NCBI RefSeq assembly: GCF_963506605.1
Contig: NC_083281.1
Location: 434,001 to 498,000, forward strand
Reading direction: 5' to 3'
DNA from: Zootoca vivipara
Taxonomy: Eukaryota
DNA: 64,000 bases
Position 1 is the first letter of the stretch; each line of letters opens with the position of its first letter. Shown here one piece after another: positions 24,035 through 35,624 of this stretch. A model generated the notes under the pieces. The model did no database searches. It was not told where the DNA came from and worked only from the letters and a program-made list of their open reading frames with translations. Position numbers and translations under genes: made by a program.

Positions 24035-24661
24035 GTAAGTCCCGCACAGACTCTGCTTGGCAGCAGCCCAGCCCGCTTGATATTTGGGAGAGGAGAATGA
24101 GAACGAGATGCCGCGTCTATTCTTGTAGATAAGCGAGCCTCTAGGCGTGTAGTTAGCATAAAATCTAAATAATCATGATAATAATCAGTGGTTTTTTTTT
24201 CTGGGGGACGGCACAGGGGTACACATAGCCCTAAACATTTTGTGAATCAGAGTTTGGCCTCATTGAGGGGCAGTATTTCAATATAAACAGGACAAAAAAA
24301 TTTTTTAGAAAAAAAAAAAGGGCTGGTGATTTTGTTATTTGTGCCCCACAGCCGCAAATAAAGTTCTACTTATAGCTGGCTGTTCTGTAATTAATCAAAC
24401 TCCCTTTGCGTTCAAACCAGGGCAAGGTCGAAAGCAGCCGCTCTCAAACTCCGAGAGCGAAATCTCAACATTGCTGGGTGTGTGTGTGTGTGTGCTTGCT
24501 GTAGGAATAATAGGGCTGCCTTATATAGAGTCTGCTTAGTTCAGTATTGCCAACACTGGCTGGCAGCAGCAGCTCTCCAAAGAGGCTCTAACCAGATGAA
24601 ATGCTGCTGCTTTCTCTCGATTTCTTCCCCCCCCCCCCGTCTGTTTTTTTTGTCTCTGCAG

Positions 24662-24784
24662 CCACCTTGGGGGCCGTTTTTGGGGTCACGACTTGCCTCA
24701 GCGCCCAGCTCCGAGAAGACCCAGAGGACCCAACAAACTACTTTATCGGAGGCTGCGCCTCGGGCGCCATCTGGGGAGCCAGAG
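24662..24784 (+). CDS. NDUFA11: NDUFA11 exon 3
   Basis: ctgcag|CC ACC...AGA G|gtcgg; ATLGAVFGVTTCLSAQLREDPEDPTNYFIGGCASGAIWGAR. Confidence 0.94.
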
Positions 24785-26335
24785 GTCGGTCGCCCGCCGT
24801 CCCGACTCAAATTTGCCCAATTGGGAATAACCCCATGTTTCCGTTTTCGTTCTTCAAATTTCCCCGGAGACCCCCCCAAAAAACACGCCAGCAACACAAC
24901 TTGAAAGGGCAGATCCTTAGGAAGGGATGGACCCCCCAAAAATAAGAATTGGGACTGGTCTTTGGTCGCCTGGGGAATTTGGGAATGAAAGGAAACAGTT
25001 CTGTTCTCCTGCAGATGTCTCTCTGTGCTGCGCTCTCCTCTCACTGGCCTCAATTGCTTGCGCAGTTTTTCCATAATAATAGTAATAATAATTTATTATT
25101 TATACCCCACCCATCTGGCTGGGTTTCCCCAGGCACTCTGGGCAGCTTCCAGCAAAATATTAAAATGCAGTAATTCATCAAACATTAAAAACTTCCCTAA
25201 ACAGGGCTGCCTCCAAATGTCTTCTTAAAGTCAGATAGTTGTTTATCTCCTTGACATCTGGTGGGAGGGCGTTCCACAGGGCAGAATTTCCCCAGAAACG
25301 CGGCTCTAACCCCATTACTTGCCGCCAAGAGAAATCCCCTTAACGGTTTTCTCCTCCAAGCACCGATTCCCATTGCAACGCAAGTGCTGTGATTGCACCT
25401 TCTCTCATTAAATGCTTGTTCTGAACAATTTGGAATCGCCTCCCAAGATTCCTGCTCCATTTCCATTTCCGAGTCTGTTTCCCCAAATACGCTTTGACCC
25501 CGTATCCTGTTGCAGAAGGCCTCTGTATATTTTGGAGACCGCTCGGTTATTTTATTATTATTTTTTAAGATGCGTATGCTGCCCTATAAAAATAGCAGCC
25601 TTGGTTTTTGAACAGCTTTGTTCTCAAACGTTTCAACTCCCGAACGCCAAAAACCCGGAAGTAAATGCTCCGGTTTTTCGGAATCCGGACATCCGACATA
25701 TATATATATATTTATATTTGACATCCGGGTTCCAAAAAACAGAAAAAAGAATATATATATTCTTCCCCAGCCACTCTAGGCGGCTTCCAACAGAAGGTTA
25801 AAAACACGCAACCAATTAGAAGCTCCGCCTCGGTTGTTGAACGTTTCTGACAGCCGAGGTTTGACTGTATAAGAACGCAAAATAAATAATACAAATACAG
25901 TAAAAGCAAAGACGACCCAATAAAGGCCGTCGGATGTCAATCAGCCCAAGGCCTGGTTTGAGGAAAGTTTCCATCTGGCAGCTAAAGGGGTTTTGCCACT
26001 TCCCCCTGCCTTACTTTCTCTAATCTACACTTTCCAAGGTATCCAAGTTTTTTGGCCTTCCCCGCCTCCAGTGACAGGGAGTTCCGCCGTCCGACTATGC
26101 CCTGCGTGACGGCGGGCCTCCTCTTCTCCCCTCTCCTCTCCCTCCAATAAAAACCACATTGAAAATCTTCCAAAATTATAATACAATCGAAAAGACCCAA
26201 TTTTGTGCCCATTTTTATATCTTTGAATGACTTCCCATGCTCTGAAGTTCCTTTTCCAGTGGCAGGGAGTCCCGCCGTCCAGCTATGCCCTGCGGGACGC
26301 CTCTTCTCACCTCTCCTCTCTCTCTCCTCTCCCAG

Positions 26336-26448
26336 CCCACAGCTTCGCCACCGGCACAGCCGCCTGCGTGGGCCTGGGCGCGGCCGCCTTCCTTGCCAAA
26401 GTCGGCAAGAAGGAAGACTGGTGCTGGCTGCAGACTCGCAAAGACTGA
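26336..26448 (+). CDS. NDUFA11: NDUFA11 exon 4 (terminal); AATAAA at 26592-26597
   Basis: cccag|CC CAC AGC...GAC TGA; AHSFATGTAACVGLGAAAFLAKVGKKEDWCWLQTRKD*; total 136 aa. Confidence 0.9.
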
Positions 26449-26991
26449 ACCCGGAGCCGCCCTCTCCGTCCTCCAAGCGCGGCGCACGATCGCCACCAAC
26501 CACATCCCAGGGCATGGACTTTAGCGGGAAATCCTGGCGCCCGAAATCCCGGGGCCGTGAGCCAAGTGGCCCGAGAGAATCTTGTCCTGCAAATAAAAGC
26601 GTTGACCATTTTTCGGTCCCTGGAATTTTCCTCTTTGTGACTTCCTTGAGCCCAGACTGTAGGGGGACAGACCCTAAAACTCTTTAAATGCGCCTTAAAA
26701 CACATTGTAATTTTTACCCCATTTTCTCATATTACCAAAAAACATTTTTAAAATAATATTTATTACGTTTTCCATTTTAGCAACCCAACAAAATCCACAT
26801 TAAAACATTCCAAATTATAATACAATCAAGAAAAGAAGCCAAATTTCATGCCAAATTAGATACCTTTGTGTGCCTTCCCGTGCTCTCAAGTTCAGCCAAA
26901 TATTGTGCTGCATTCCTTGATTAGTCCAAATAGTCATTTTACAAAATTGTAACACTATAACTTTGCACGGCCAATTTGGAAGACCAAAACT

Positions 26992-27158
26992 CAGTGCTTT
27001 TTTTTCCCCTCTTAAAAAAATGTTTAGGGGTACTCTCATCTTCGACTTGAGAGAATCAACAGTAAATGGGGTGGGGGGGAATTCGCAAAATGTTTAGGGG
27101 AAATTAAATTCGCAAAATGTTTAGGGGTATGCGTCCCCCCCCCCCAGAAAAAGCACTG
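26992..27158. mobile_element. hAT-type MITE with CAGTGCTTTTT TIRs
   Basis: TSD CCAAAACT/CCGAAACT; related pieces near 12856, 24186, 44435 and 52490-52807. Confidence 0.75.
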
Positions 27159-29366
27159 CCGAAACTTCATGACCACCTTCTCTTCCCCTTTTCGCGGTTC
27201 CTTATATTCTAGATTTTAGCATTGCGGATCCGTTTTTATTCTATTGGTAATTTATCCTTGAAAATCTATTTAAATGATCTCACTGCACGTTTTTATCCCA
27301 GTCCTGCGATGAAAACCCATCGTAAAAATGGGATCTTCCAAATGTCCTCAGGCCTACAGCTTCTCGGTCCCATATGGGTGGGGTATAAATTATTATTTTT
27401 ACTATTATTATTATTAGTAGTAGTAGTAGTAGTTTTGCTTCCCCGCCATCAAGAGTGTCGTTCAGATTGCGCGACCCCCTAAGGGGGGAAATGATACAGT
27501 AGAGAGATGGTATATTTACAAACAACAATGGAAAACGGGATGGCAGCTCAATAAAACGAAAGTATAAATTACTATGGAAATTTTTGTGGAAACATTGTAT
27601 TCAAACATTGTAAAAGAGAGGGAATATAGCAGGGTAAAATTCAAAGCAGGAGCAGCGTATTTATTCAAAATCCAGTTAAAACTATTTAGTTTTAATAAAT
27701 AAGATAAATACAGTTTTTCAAACGGCTGCTCTAAAAGAAGCCTGACTTTTGGTCCTTGTACCTTAGTATTGCCCACACAGGCCAGCAGCAGCTCCTTGGG
27801 GTTCGAGGTCTTTTTTCTGAGCTCAGCCTGGATCAAATTTCTTCTGTTTCGCTCTTAAAGGACGAGCCACGGCTCTGCCGTAGAAGAAGTTTGACTCAGG
27901 GGAAAAGACCGTGAACCACGAGGAGCTGCTGCTGGCCCGTGTGGGCAATATTGAGCTACAAGGACCAAGGGTCTGGCTTCTTTTACACCAGCGGTCCCGA
28001 GCACTTGAAAAACTGTACTGTATTTATCCCATTTATGGAGGGCAATTTGAACCAGAAGCTGCCAGGCTCGCGGGAGCGCCGAGCTCAGGACTGTAGCCCC
28101 ACACTGACCGGCAGCAGCGGCGCTCCAGGGTTTTGGATTTGGGGGTGAGACGCATTCTCAGCCCTACCTGGAAAGGGGCTCTAACCACCTTTCCCTAGCC
28201 TGGAATAAAGGCTGCAGCCTCCCTCCCACTCCCTGGTTGTTTTCATCGAGGGGGGTAGACTGCTCCTAGACCAGGAGGCTCTATTTCACTATTTGCGGAG
28301 TTGCAGATCCCGGCTGGGGCACAAACACCCCTGCAAAAAAGCCTCTCTGTCTCCCCACGTCATGCCCCACAGCATCCCCGAACCCCAATCGTGCCTCTTC
28401 TCCACCTGGCTAGAGGACAGAGAAGCGGGTGCGAATCTGCCTTTACCTACGTACTGTATTTTTCTGTGTAGAAGACTACAGGGGGTACTGTATTTTTCCG
28501 AGTAGAAGACTATATTCCCCCCCATTTTTTTTAAAGTTAAAACGGGGGGGGGGTCATCTTGTACGTGGAATGTTGTGATTATTTATATAAATATAAATAA
28601 TCATATTTCTTTCTTAATTTTGGGCTCAAAAAATAGGGGCCGCCTTACACACGGGAAAATAGGGGCCGCCTTACACACGGGGGGGGGGGGAACTATGGTA
28701 AATGTGTACACTATTGCAAACAATTAACATTTGCTTAACAGATTAGACAACTGGGCCAAAGCAAACAAAGCAAACAAGATGAATTTTAACAAGGAGAAAT
28801 GTAAGGTACTACACTTGGGCAAAAAAAATGAAAAGCACATATACAGGATGGGAGACACCTGGCTTGAGAGCAGTACATGTGAAAAGGATTTAGGAGTCTT
28901 GGTAGACCACAAACTTGACATGAGTCAGCAGTGTGATGCAGCAGCTAAAAAAGCCAATGCAATTCTGGACTGCATCAATAGGAGTATAGCATCTAGATCA
29001 AGGGAAGTAATAGTACCACTGTATTCTGCTCTGGTCAGACCTCACCTGGAGTATTGTGTCCAGTTCTGGGCACCACAGTTCAAGAAGGATACTGATAAGC
29101 TGGAACGTGTCCAGAGGAGGGCAACCAAAATGGTCAAAGGCCTGGAAACGATGCCTTATGAGGAACGGCTTAGGGAGCTGGGTATGTTTAGCCTGGAGAA
29201 GAGAAGGTTAAGGGGTGATATAATAACCATGTTCAAATATATAAAAGGATGTCATATGGAGGAGGGTGAAAGGTTGTTTTCTGCTGCTCCAGAGAAGCGG
29301 ACACGGAGCAATGGATTCAAGCTACTAGAAAGAAGATTCCACCTAAACATTAGGAAGAACTTCCTG

Positions 29367-29496
29367 GTGTATCTGAAGAAGTGTGCATGCACACGAAAGC
29401 TCATACCAAAATATAAACTTAGTTGGTCTTTAAGGTGCTACTGAAGGAATTTTCTTATTTTGCTTCGACTCAGACCAACACGGCTACCTACCTGTA
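29367..29496 (+). mobile_element. 130-bp Penelope-like terminal fragment inserted in CR1, 9-bp TSD
   Basis: AACTTCCTG at 29358-29366 and 29497-29505; body matches 51198-51300 and, reversed, 55433-55536. Confidence 0.85.
29369..29406 (+). ncRNA. Minimal type I hammerhead ribozyme motif (Penelope-associated)
   Basis: GTAT-CTGAAGA-A-GTGTGCATGCACAC-GAAA-GC-TC-ATAC: stem I GTAT/ATAC, CUGANGA box, palindromic stem II, GAAA box, minimal stem III, UH cleavage site. Confidence 0.7.
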
Positions 29497-29925
29497 AACT
29501 TCCTGACAGTAAGAGCTGTTCGACAGTGGAATTTGCTACCAAGGAGTGTGGTGGAGTCTCCTTCTTTGGAGGTCTTTAAGCAGAGGCTTGACAGGCATAT
29601 GTCAAGAATGCTTTGATGGTGTTTCCTGCTTGGCAGGGGGTTGGACTGGATGGCCCTTGTGGTCTCTTCCAACTCTAGGATTCTATGAACAATCTGAAGC
29701 TGGACTGATCTAAAAGACGTGCGATGATTATAATTCATAGCTTCTTATATTTATTTTTAAAATGGGAATTGGAATGAGGAAAGGCAAGTAGGAAAAAATA
29801 CAGATGCTATGACGTAGAAAGGATGCAGGCAGAATTCGAATGGCTTACCAGAAGAGCTAAAATTTACAGTGGAAAATAAGGATGTGTTGAAATGCTACAA
29901 AATGGACAAAATTATTTATTATCAC

Positions 29926-29961
<36 letters not shown>

Positions 29962-31259
29962 GTCAAACTGAACATGAAAATAATAATGCGGAATCAAAAG
30001 AGAAACAAACAACAAATTGATAAATACTATATTTACAAAACACACCTTTGTGGCAGGGTCGCCGCCCCCCATGCTCCGCTCACTGCACCCCACTGCCCGT
30101 GGTACCCAAAGGTGGGGGTAATAACATCCACATTTGCCTCTGCGCCCCCCCCCCAGGCTAAAAAGGGCTTCCCCACCCCAGGCGATCGGGGTCAGGACTC
30201 CCGGAGGGGAATGCGGCCCCCGTCCACCTCTGCCCTACATGCCTGCCTTGCCGTGCGCCAATCAAATCTTTTAATAGCCCCTCGGAGGGCACTGGGTGCG
30301 GATTCGGTGACACAGTTCTGGCACCAGGAACGGGGCTGCCCCACGGCCAGGGCACGTGAATCCACGAGGGAGGGCAGGGGTGCCAGAGGAGGTGCCCCCT
30401 TTTCTAACCGGCTCCCGGCAAATCAGGCGCCCTAGGGGATCTATTTTTGGGCCTCCCCGATTTATTCAGGGCGTGTGACGTTCCCGGGCTGGCATCTCCG
30501 GGGAGACGCGGCCTAGAAGTCACGGCGACTTTGAGCTGCCAGCCTGGATTGGGCCTGGCAGCAGAAATCCGGCTGGGTCGGGGCCCAAGGGGGTCCCCCA
30601 TTGAGCCCAGGATCCTGGCTGCCCCCCCCCAAAACGGGACACAAACTTCAAGAGCCTCCTGTCCTTCTCGTTTGGCTGATTGGATGCAGGAATTTTGTGC
30701 TTGGCCAAGGCGGGTCTTGTGGCAGGCAGTTCCCCAGTCTAACCAAGCCAAATCTCCCAACCTTCCGCTTCACGGGAGGCCCACAAATTCTGGTTTTGTT
30801 AACCCGGGAGGGAGGGAGGGCTTTCGCCTACCAGGGAGTGGGTGCGAGGGGCGGGGCGGGCTTCGCAATCCTTCCCAGAACGGCTGCTTGGAGCTTCCGC
30901 AGGGGAAAGGCGAGGAGGAGGAGGAGGCCGTTGCAACATGGCGTTGTGCCAAGGAGCTGGGCCCTGCGAGTGGCTGGCAAGGGGTTAATCACAGCAGCTG
31001 TTTCCCGCCTCTGCCCTGGGTGCAGATCCTGCCTCCCGAGCAGCTGCATCGGGGCTTCTCCCGCTGTTGCTCTGCGGTAGACTGGCTCTGTCCATGGAGG
31101 CTCCGTTTAAGAATGACAGGAAACTCAGTGTCCTGTCCTTGCACCCAGATCCCCCAAACAGGAGCAGAGTGTATGTGTGAATGGGTTTGCGCAGCCTTGG
31201 GGGCAAGTCATTCCTGCAGGTCGCTTCTCCGACTCCCCCTGCAGAGGGAAAGGCAAGCA

Positions 31260-32200
31260 GCACTCTGTGCGTGCCCAGAGGTGGTCCTTTCATGCAAGGG
31301 GAGAGGCGGCTGGTAGGCTTAGGCGGTGCACGCTCTGCATATGCCCAGAGGCACCCTTTTCCTGCAATAGGAGAGGAAGTTGGCATGCTCAGGCTTTGTC
31401 CACTCTGCGCATGCCCAGAGGCTCCCTTTTCCTTCCTTTCTTTCAAGGAGGGAAGCTGCACACTCTGTGTATGCCCAGAGGCACCCTTGTCCTGGAAGAG
31501 GAGAGGAACTTGGCATGCTCAGGCAACGCCCACTCTGCGTATGCCCAGAGGCACCCTTGCCCTGCAAGAGGAGAGGAAGCTTGGCATGCTCAGGCAGCGC
31601 CCACTCTGCACATGCCCAGAGGCGCCCTTGTCCTTCCTTTGGCAGGCTCGGGCCGGGCGCGCTCTGCGTATGCCCAGAGGCACCCTTGCCCTGCAAGAGG
31701 AGAGGAAGCTGGCATGCTCAGGCAGTGGCCACTCTGCACATGCCCAGAGGCGCCCTTGTCCTTCCTTTGGCAGGCTCGGGCCGGGCGCGCTCTGCGTATG
31801 CCCAGAGGCACCCTTGTCCTGCAAGAAGAGAGGAAGCTGGCATGCTCAGGCTTTGTCCACTCTGCGCATGCCCAGAGGCTCCCTTTTCCTTCCTTTCTTT
31901 CAAGGAGGGAAGCTGCACACTCTGCGTATGCCCAGAGGCACCCTTGCCCTGCAAGAGGAGAGGAAGCTGGCATGCTCAGGCTTTGTCCACTCTGCGCATG
32001 CCCAGAGGCTCCCTTTTCCTTCCTTTCTTTCAAGGAGGGAAGCTGCACACTCTGCGTATGCCCAGAGGCACCCTTGCCCTGCAAGAGGAGAGGAAGCTGG
32101 CATGCTCAGGCAGCGCCCACTCTGCACATGCCCAGAGGCGCCCTTGTCCTTCCTTTGGCAGGCTCGGGCCGGGCGCGCTCTGCGTATGCCCAGAGGCGCC
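31260..32200. repeat. Higher-order tandem repeat (~130-bp unit = 70 + 58/60) with 15 CTCTGYRYRTGCCCAGAGG motifs
   Basis: Direct reading; periodic translation in the ORF track. Confidence 0.92.
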
Positions 32201-32620
32201 CTGCTCCTCCTCCTCCCCTTCCGACGCGCCCCGGCTCCGCGGCAGCAGCAGCAGCCCTGCCCGCCCGCCCGCCCTCCGGCTCCGAGTCCGGGAGCTGGGA
32301 GGGCGGCCGTGGCCGCGGACCCGCCCGCCTGGCGCGGCCAATGGGCTCCGGGAAGGCGCGCTCTCCGCCTCCGATTAGCGCCAGGCAGGCAGGCAGGCAG
32401 GCAGAAGGAGCCGCGGCCAGGCGGACGCACGTGCGGACGGGGAAGGAGCGAGCAGGACGCGCGCACGGAACAGCTGCTGCGCTTGCAGAAACAGCAGCCC
32501 GGCCAGGTAGGAAGGAAGGCAGCCTCCCTCTATGCGCGCGCGAACGCGCTTCTCTCTCGCCACGTTTTCCAACCGCGACGCGTGCACGCCGCCCTGCCTC
32601 GTTCCCACGTGACGCGTGTC
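32200..32620 (+). promoter_or_regulatory. CpG island, probable SLC1A6 promoter/first non-coding exon
   Basis: Very CpG-dense; CCAAT, GC boxes, CACGTG E-boxes; donor-like CCAG|gtagga at 32506/32507; SLC1A6 is the nearest downstream gene. Confidence 0.55.
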
Positions 32621-32914
32621 TAGGTGGGGGGTCTGGGGTGGGGGGAGCGAGCCCCCACCAGGCAGGGTGTTGTAGGGGAGAAACCGGGTGGGACTGAGCC
32701 GGGGGGAGTTGGAGAGGAAAGGGGGCGCAATGGTTGCCCCCCTCCAACAAGAGTGGTCTTCTCTATTTTTCTCGGCCCGCTTTTTTGTTTTCACTGCATC
32801 CTTGTAAAAGTCTTGGTTTGCTTAGAAAAAGGGGGAAATATATTTTGTATTTTGGTTCGTATTTGTATTTTGTATTTTTGTTTTGTGTTTTGCTCTGTAA
32901 GCCTTAATATTATG

Positions 32915-32975
32915 ATGTTGTTGTTGTTGTTTAGTCGTTTAGTCGTGTCCGACTTCGTGACCCCATGGACCATAC
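32915..32975 (-). mobile_element. BovB/RTE-like extreme 3' tail
   Basis: GTCCATGGGGTCACGAAGTCGGACACGACTAAACGACTAAA(CAA)n on the minus strand. Confidence 0.7.
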
Positions 32976-33639
32976 ACGCCTATATTTATATTTATATACA
33001 AAATATGAAATATATATGGTCCACGCCATGGACCATAGCACGCCTATATTTATATTTATATACAGTATAATATTATACTGTATATAAATATAAATATAAA
33101 TATAAATGAAGCCTTCCTCGCAGGGTCGTTGCCAGGGGAAAGGGGAGCAGGAGAGATTTATGGGCACCCCAGCGCCCCTTGAAAATCATGGTTGAATGCG
33201 GGGGGGGGTTGTGGGGAGTCAGACGGGCAGGAGATCTATGGGGTCTGCCGACCTCATGCCCCAGCTTTAAGAGGGGGGTAGCAGGCCCTCGTGGCCCCCC
33301 CCCCAGCCTACCCAAAATGGTGAAAGTGAAATAGGGGAAGTTTCTTCCTCTCCAGCCAGCCCACAGGGAAGAAGGAGCAAGGAACATCTGCCTGGCACTC
33401 CAGATGTAGAAGCATAGAATTGCAGAGTCAGGAGGGACCACCAGGGGTCATCCAGTCCAACCCCTGGCCATGCGGGAATCTTGGGCTCGAACTCACGACC
33501 CTGAGATCACGAGTCTCAGGCTATGCTGACTGTGCTGCCCTGGCCAAGACGGCAGGAAGGATTCACTGGGGGAGGAAAAAACCCAGTCTCAACTGGCAGC
33601 TACTGTACCGTCTTGGAAAGGTGAGTTTCTTGTACAGAG

Positions 33640-34200
33640 CAGAGGGGGTGCTCTGCATGCAGAAGGTTTTGGGGTCCGTCCCCAGACAGGGCTGGGAAAA
33701 TACTCCCTGCTCAAAACTGTGGAGAGCTGCTGCTGCCAGCCTGTGCCGGCAGTGGTGAGCTAGGTGGGCTGATTTCAGCCCCGTTTAAACCAGCCGCCTG
33801 TTGATAATATTGAGGACCAGGGAAGGGCAGGTGCTTGGCATGTGGAAGGTTTTCCAGGTCCAAACCTCGCAGGGATCTCCTAGCAAGAGAGCTGCTGCCA
33901 GTCAGTGCAGGCTGTATTGAACTAGGCAGAGCAATGGTCCAAGGCAGCTTCCTCCATTGCTTCAGCTTGTATCCAGACTCATGAGGAAAAGACCGGAGCT
34001 TAGCGGTCAAGCACCTGCTCTGAGTGCAGAAGGCCCTCCTGGCACTTGAAGGTAGGGCAGCCGCTGCTGCTGCCAGTGCGGGCGACACAAAGCAGATCTC
34101 CATGCCCTTGTTCACAACGCCGAGGACCAGAAACTTGGTTTTTAAGAGAACCACCTTCGCCCAGCGCCAGAGCAGGTGCTCTGCATGCAGAAGGTCCGGC
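33640..34200 (+). mobile_element. Cluster of degenerate tRNA-derived squamate SINE fragments (Squam3-like)
   Basis: Repeated TGCATGCAGAAGGT and GGAGAGCTGCTGCCAGTCAGTG...GAGCTAG cores; also near 24500-24580 (-), 43220-43530 and 57170-57295. Confidence 0.55.
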
Positions 34201-34955
34201 CATCCTGCGATCGTCCCTTGTCACCCTGCCGGTCAGTGCAGACATCACCAATGGATAAGCCCTCGGTGTCTGCAGCCTTTTGCAACTGCAACAAACCTGC
34301 ATGACCTTCTGCATTCAGAGCACCTGCCCTGCCTCTGGGTATAAGAATAGAATGGCATTTGCTCTTGACTTTGAACAAAAAAAAACGGGTTCCGTTCTCT
34401 GTTTCCGGGGCTGTTTTTGCTCCAAAATCACTGATTCTTGCCGGGTTTCTGCTTAGGAAAAGATGGAGGCCTGTTCCCTGACGCAGGAGGGAGTAAATTC
34501 CTGCATGCCTTCATTTCATTTAATCTGGAAACGTTTTTTTATTTTTTCTTCTTCCCAGTGGGTGTAAGGTTTCAAATCCTTCTGGCGAAACAGCTTTGGC
34601 AGGAGCGAGGAAATACTGCTCCTTAATTCCAGCTCCGTTTTTCTGCAGGCGCTCCCCACGTGCTCAGAGGCGCCCTTTTGGCACCGTGCCCCGGACTCTC
34701 GAACGCGGCTCGGGGGCATTGCTGCTCCTTCGCTTCGCAGCTGTTAGGCTGAGAGGTGTCTGCCAATAATTCGGAGCCTCTCTGGACTTTTTTTACAGTC
34801 CTGTAAAATGGGAACGGACCCCGTCCCGCCTCGCAAGGTTGTTGGGAACAGAGCAATGATGCCCCAAAAGCCCGAGGCAGGACGATGGGTCTGTTTTATT
34901 CTTCCTTGCATTCACACCCCAGCCTCGGTTCTCCAAGGAGCTTGAGTTAGCATGA

Positions 34956-35000
<45 letters not shown>

Positions 35001-35097
35001 TATTATTATTATTTCTACTTTGCCCATCTGGCTGTGGTTCTCCCTCATTTAATTCCCACAACAGCCCTGCGAGGTAGGACGCTTGCAACTTAACAAG

Positions 35098-35624
35098 TGT
35101 ATTCTGCTCTGGTCAGACCTCACCTGCAGTACTGTGTCCAGTTCTGGGCACCACAGTTCAAGAAGGATACTGACAAGCTTGAACGTGTCCAGAAGAGGGC
35201 AACCAAAATGGTCAAAGGCCTGGAAACGATGCCTTATGAGGAACGGCTTAGGGAGCTGGGTATGTTTAGCCTGGAGAAGAGAAGGTTAAGGGGGGATATG
35301 ATAGCCATGTTCCAATATATAAAAGGATATCATATGGAGGAGGGAGTAAGATTGTTTTTTGCTGCTTCAGAGAAGCGGACACGGAGCAATGGATTCAAAC
35401 TTCAAGAAAGAACATTCCACCTAAACATTAGGAAGAACTTCCTGACAGTAAGAGCTGTTCGGCAGTGGCATTTGCTGCCAAGGAGTGTGGTGGAGTCTTC
35501 TTCTTTGGAGGTCTTTAAGCAGAGGCTTGACAGGCATATGTCAAGAATGCTTTGATGATGTTTCCTGCTTGGCAGGGGGTTGGACTGGATGGCCCTTGTG
35601 GTCTCTTCCAACTCTATGATTCTA
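35098..35624 (+). mobile_element. CR1 LINE 3' fragment
   Basis: Near-identical to the other CR1 copies. Confidence 0.9.

Larger units (their letters stand above)
28735..29686 (+). mobile_element. CR1 LINE 3' fragment (interrupted by the Penelope-like insert)
   Basis: [49 protein letters not shown]. Confidence 0.92.

Noticed and set aside
30447-31316. 289-aa ORF and other GC-rich ORFs at 19575-20222, 6405-7115 and 36000-37800
   Set aside because: No recognisable domain or supporting exon chain; expected by chance in GC-rich or homopolymer-rich DNA.
31177-32697. Long ORFs (506, 480 and 332 aa) in all three plus-strand frames
   Set aside because: They arise from a stop-free GC-rich tandem repeat plus a CpG island; the peptides are periodic and low-information with no domain.
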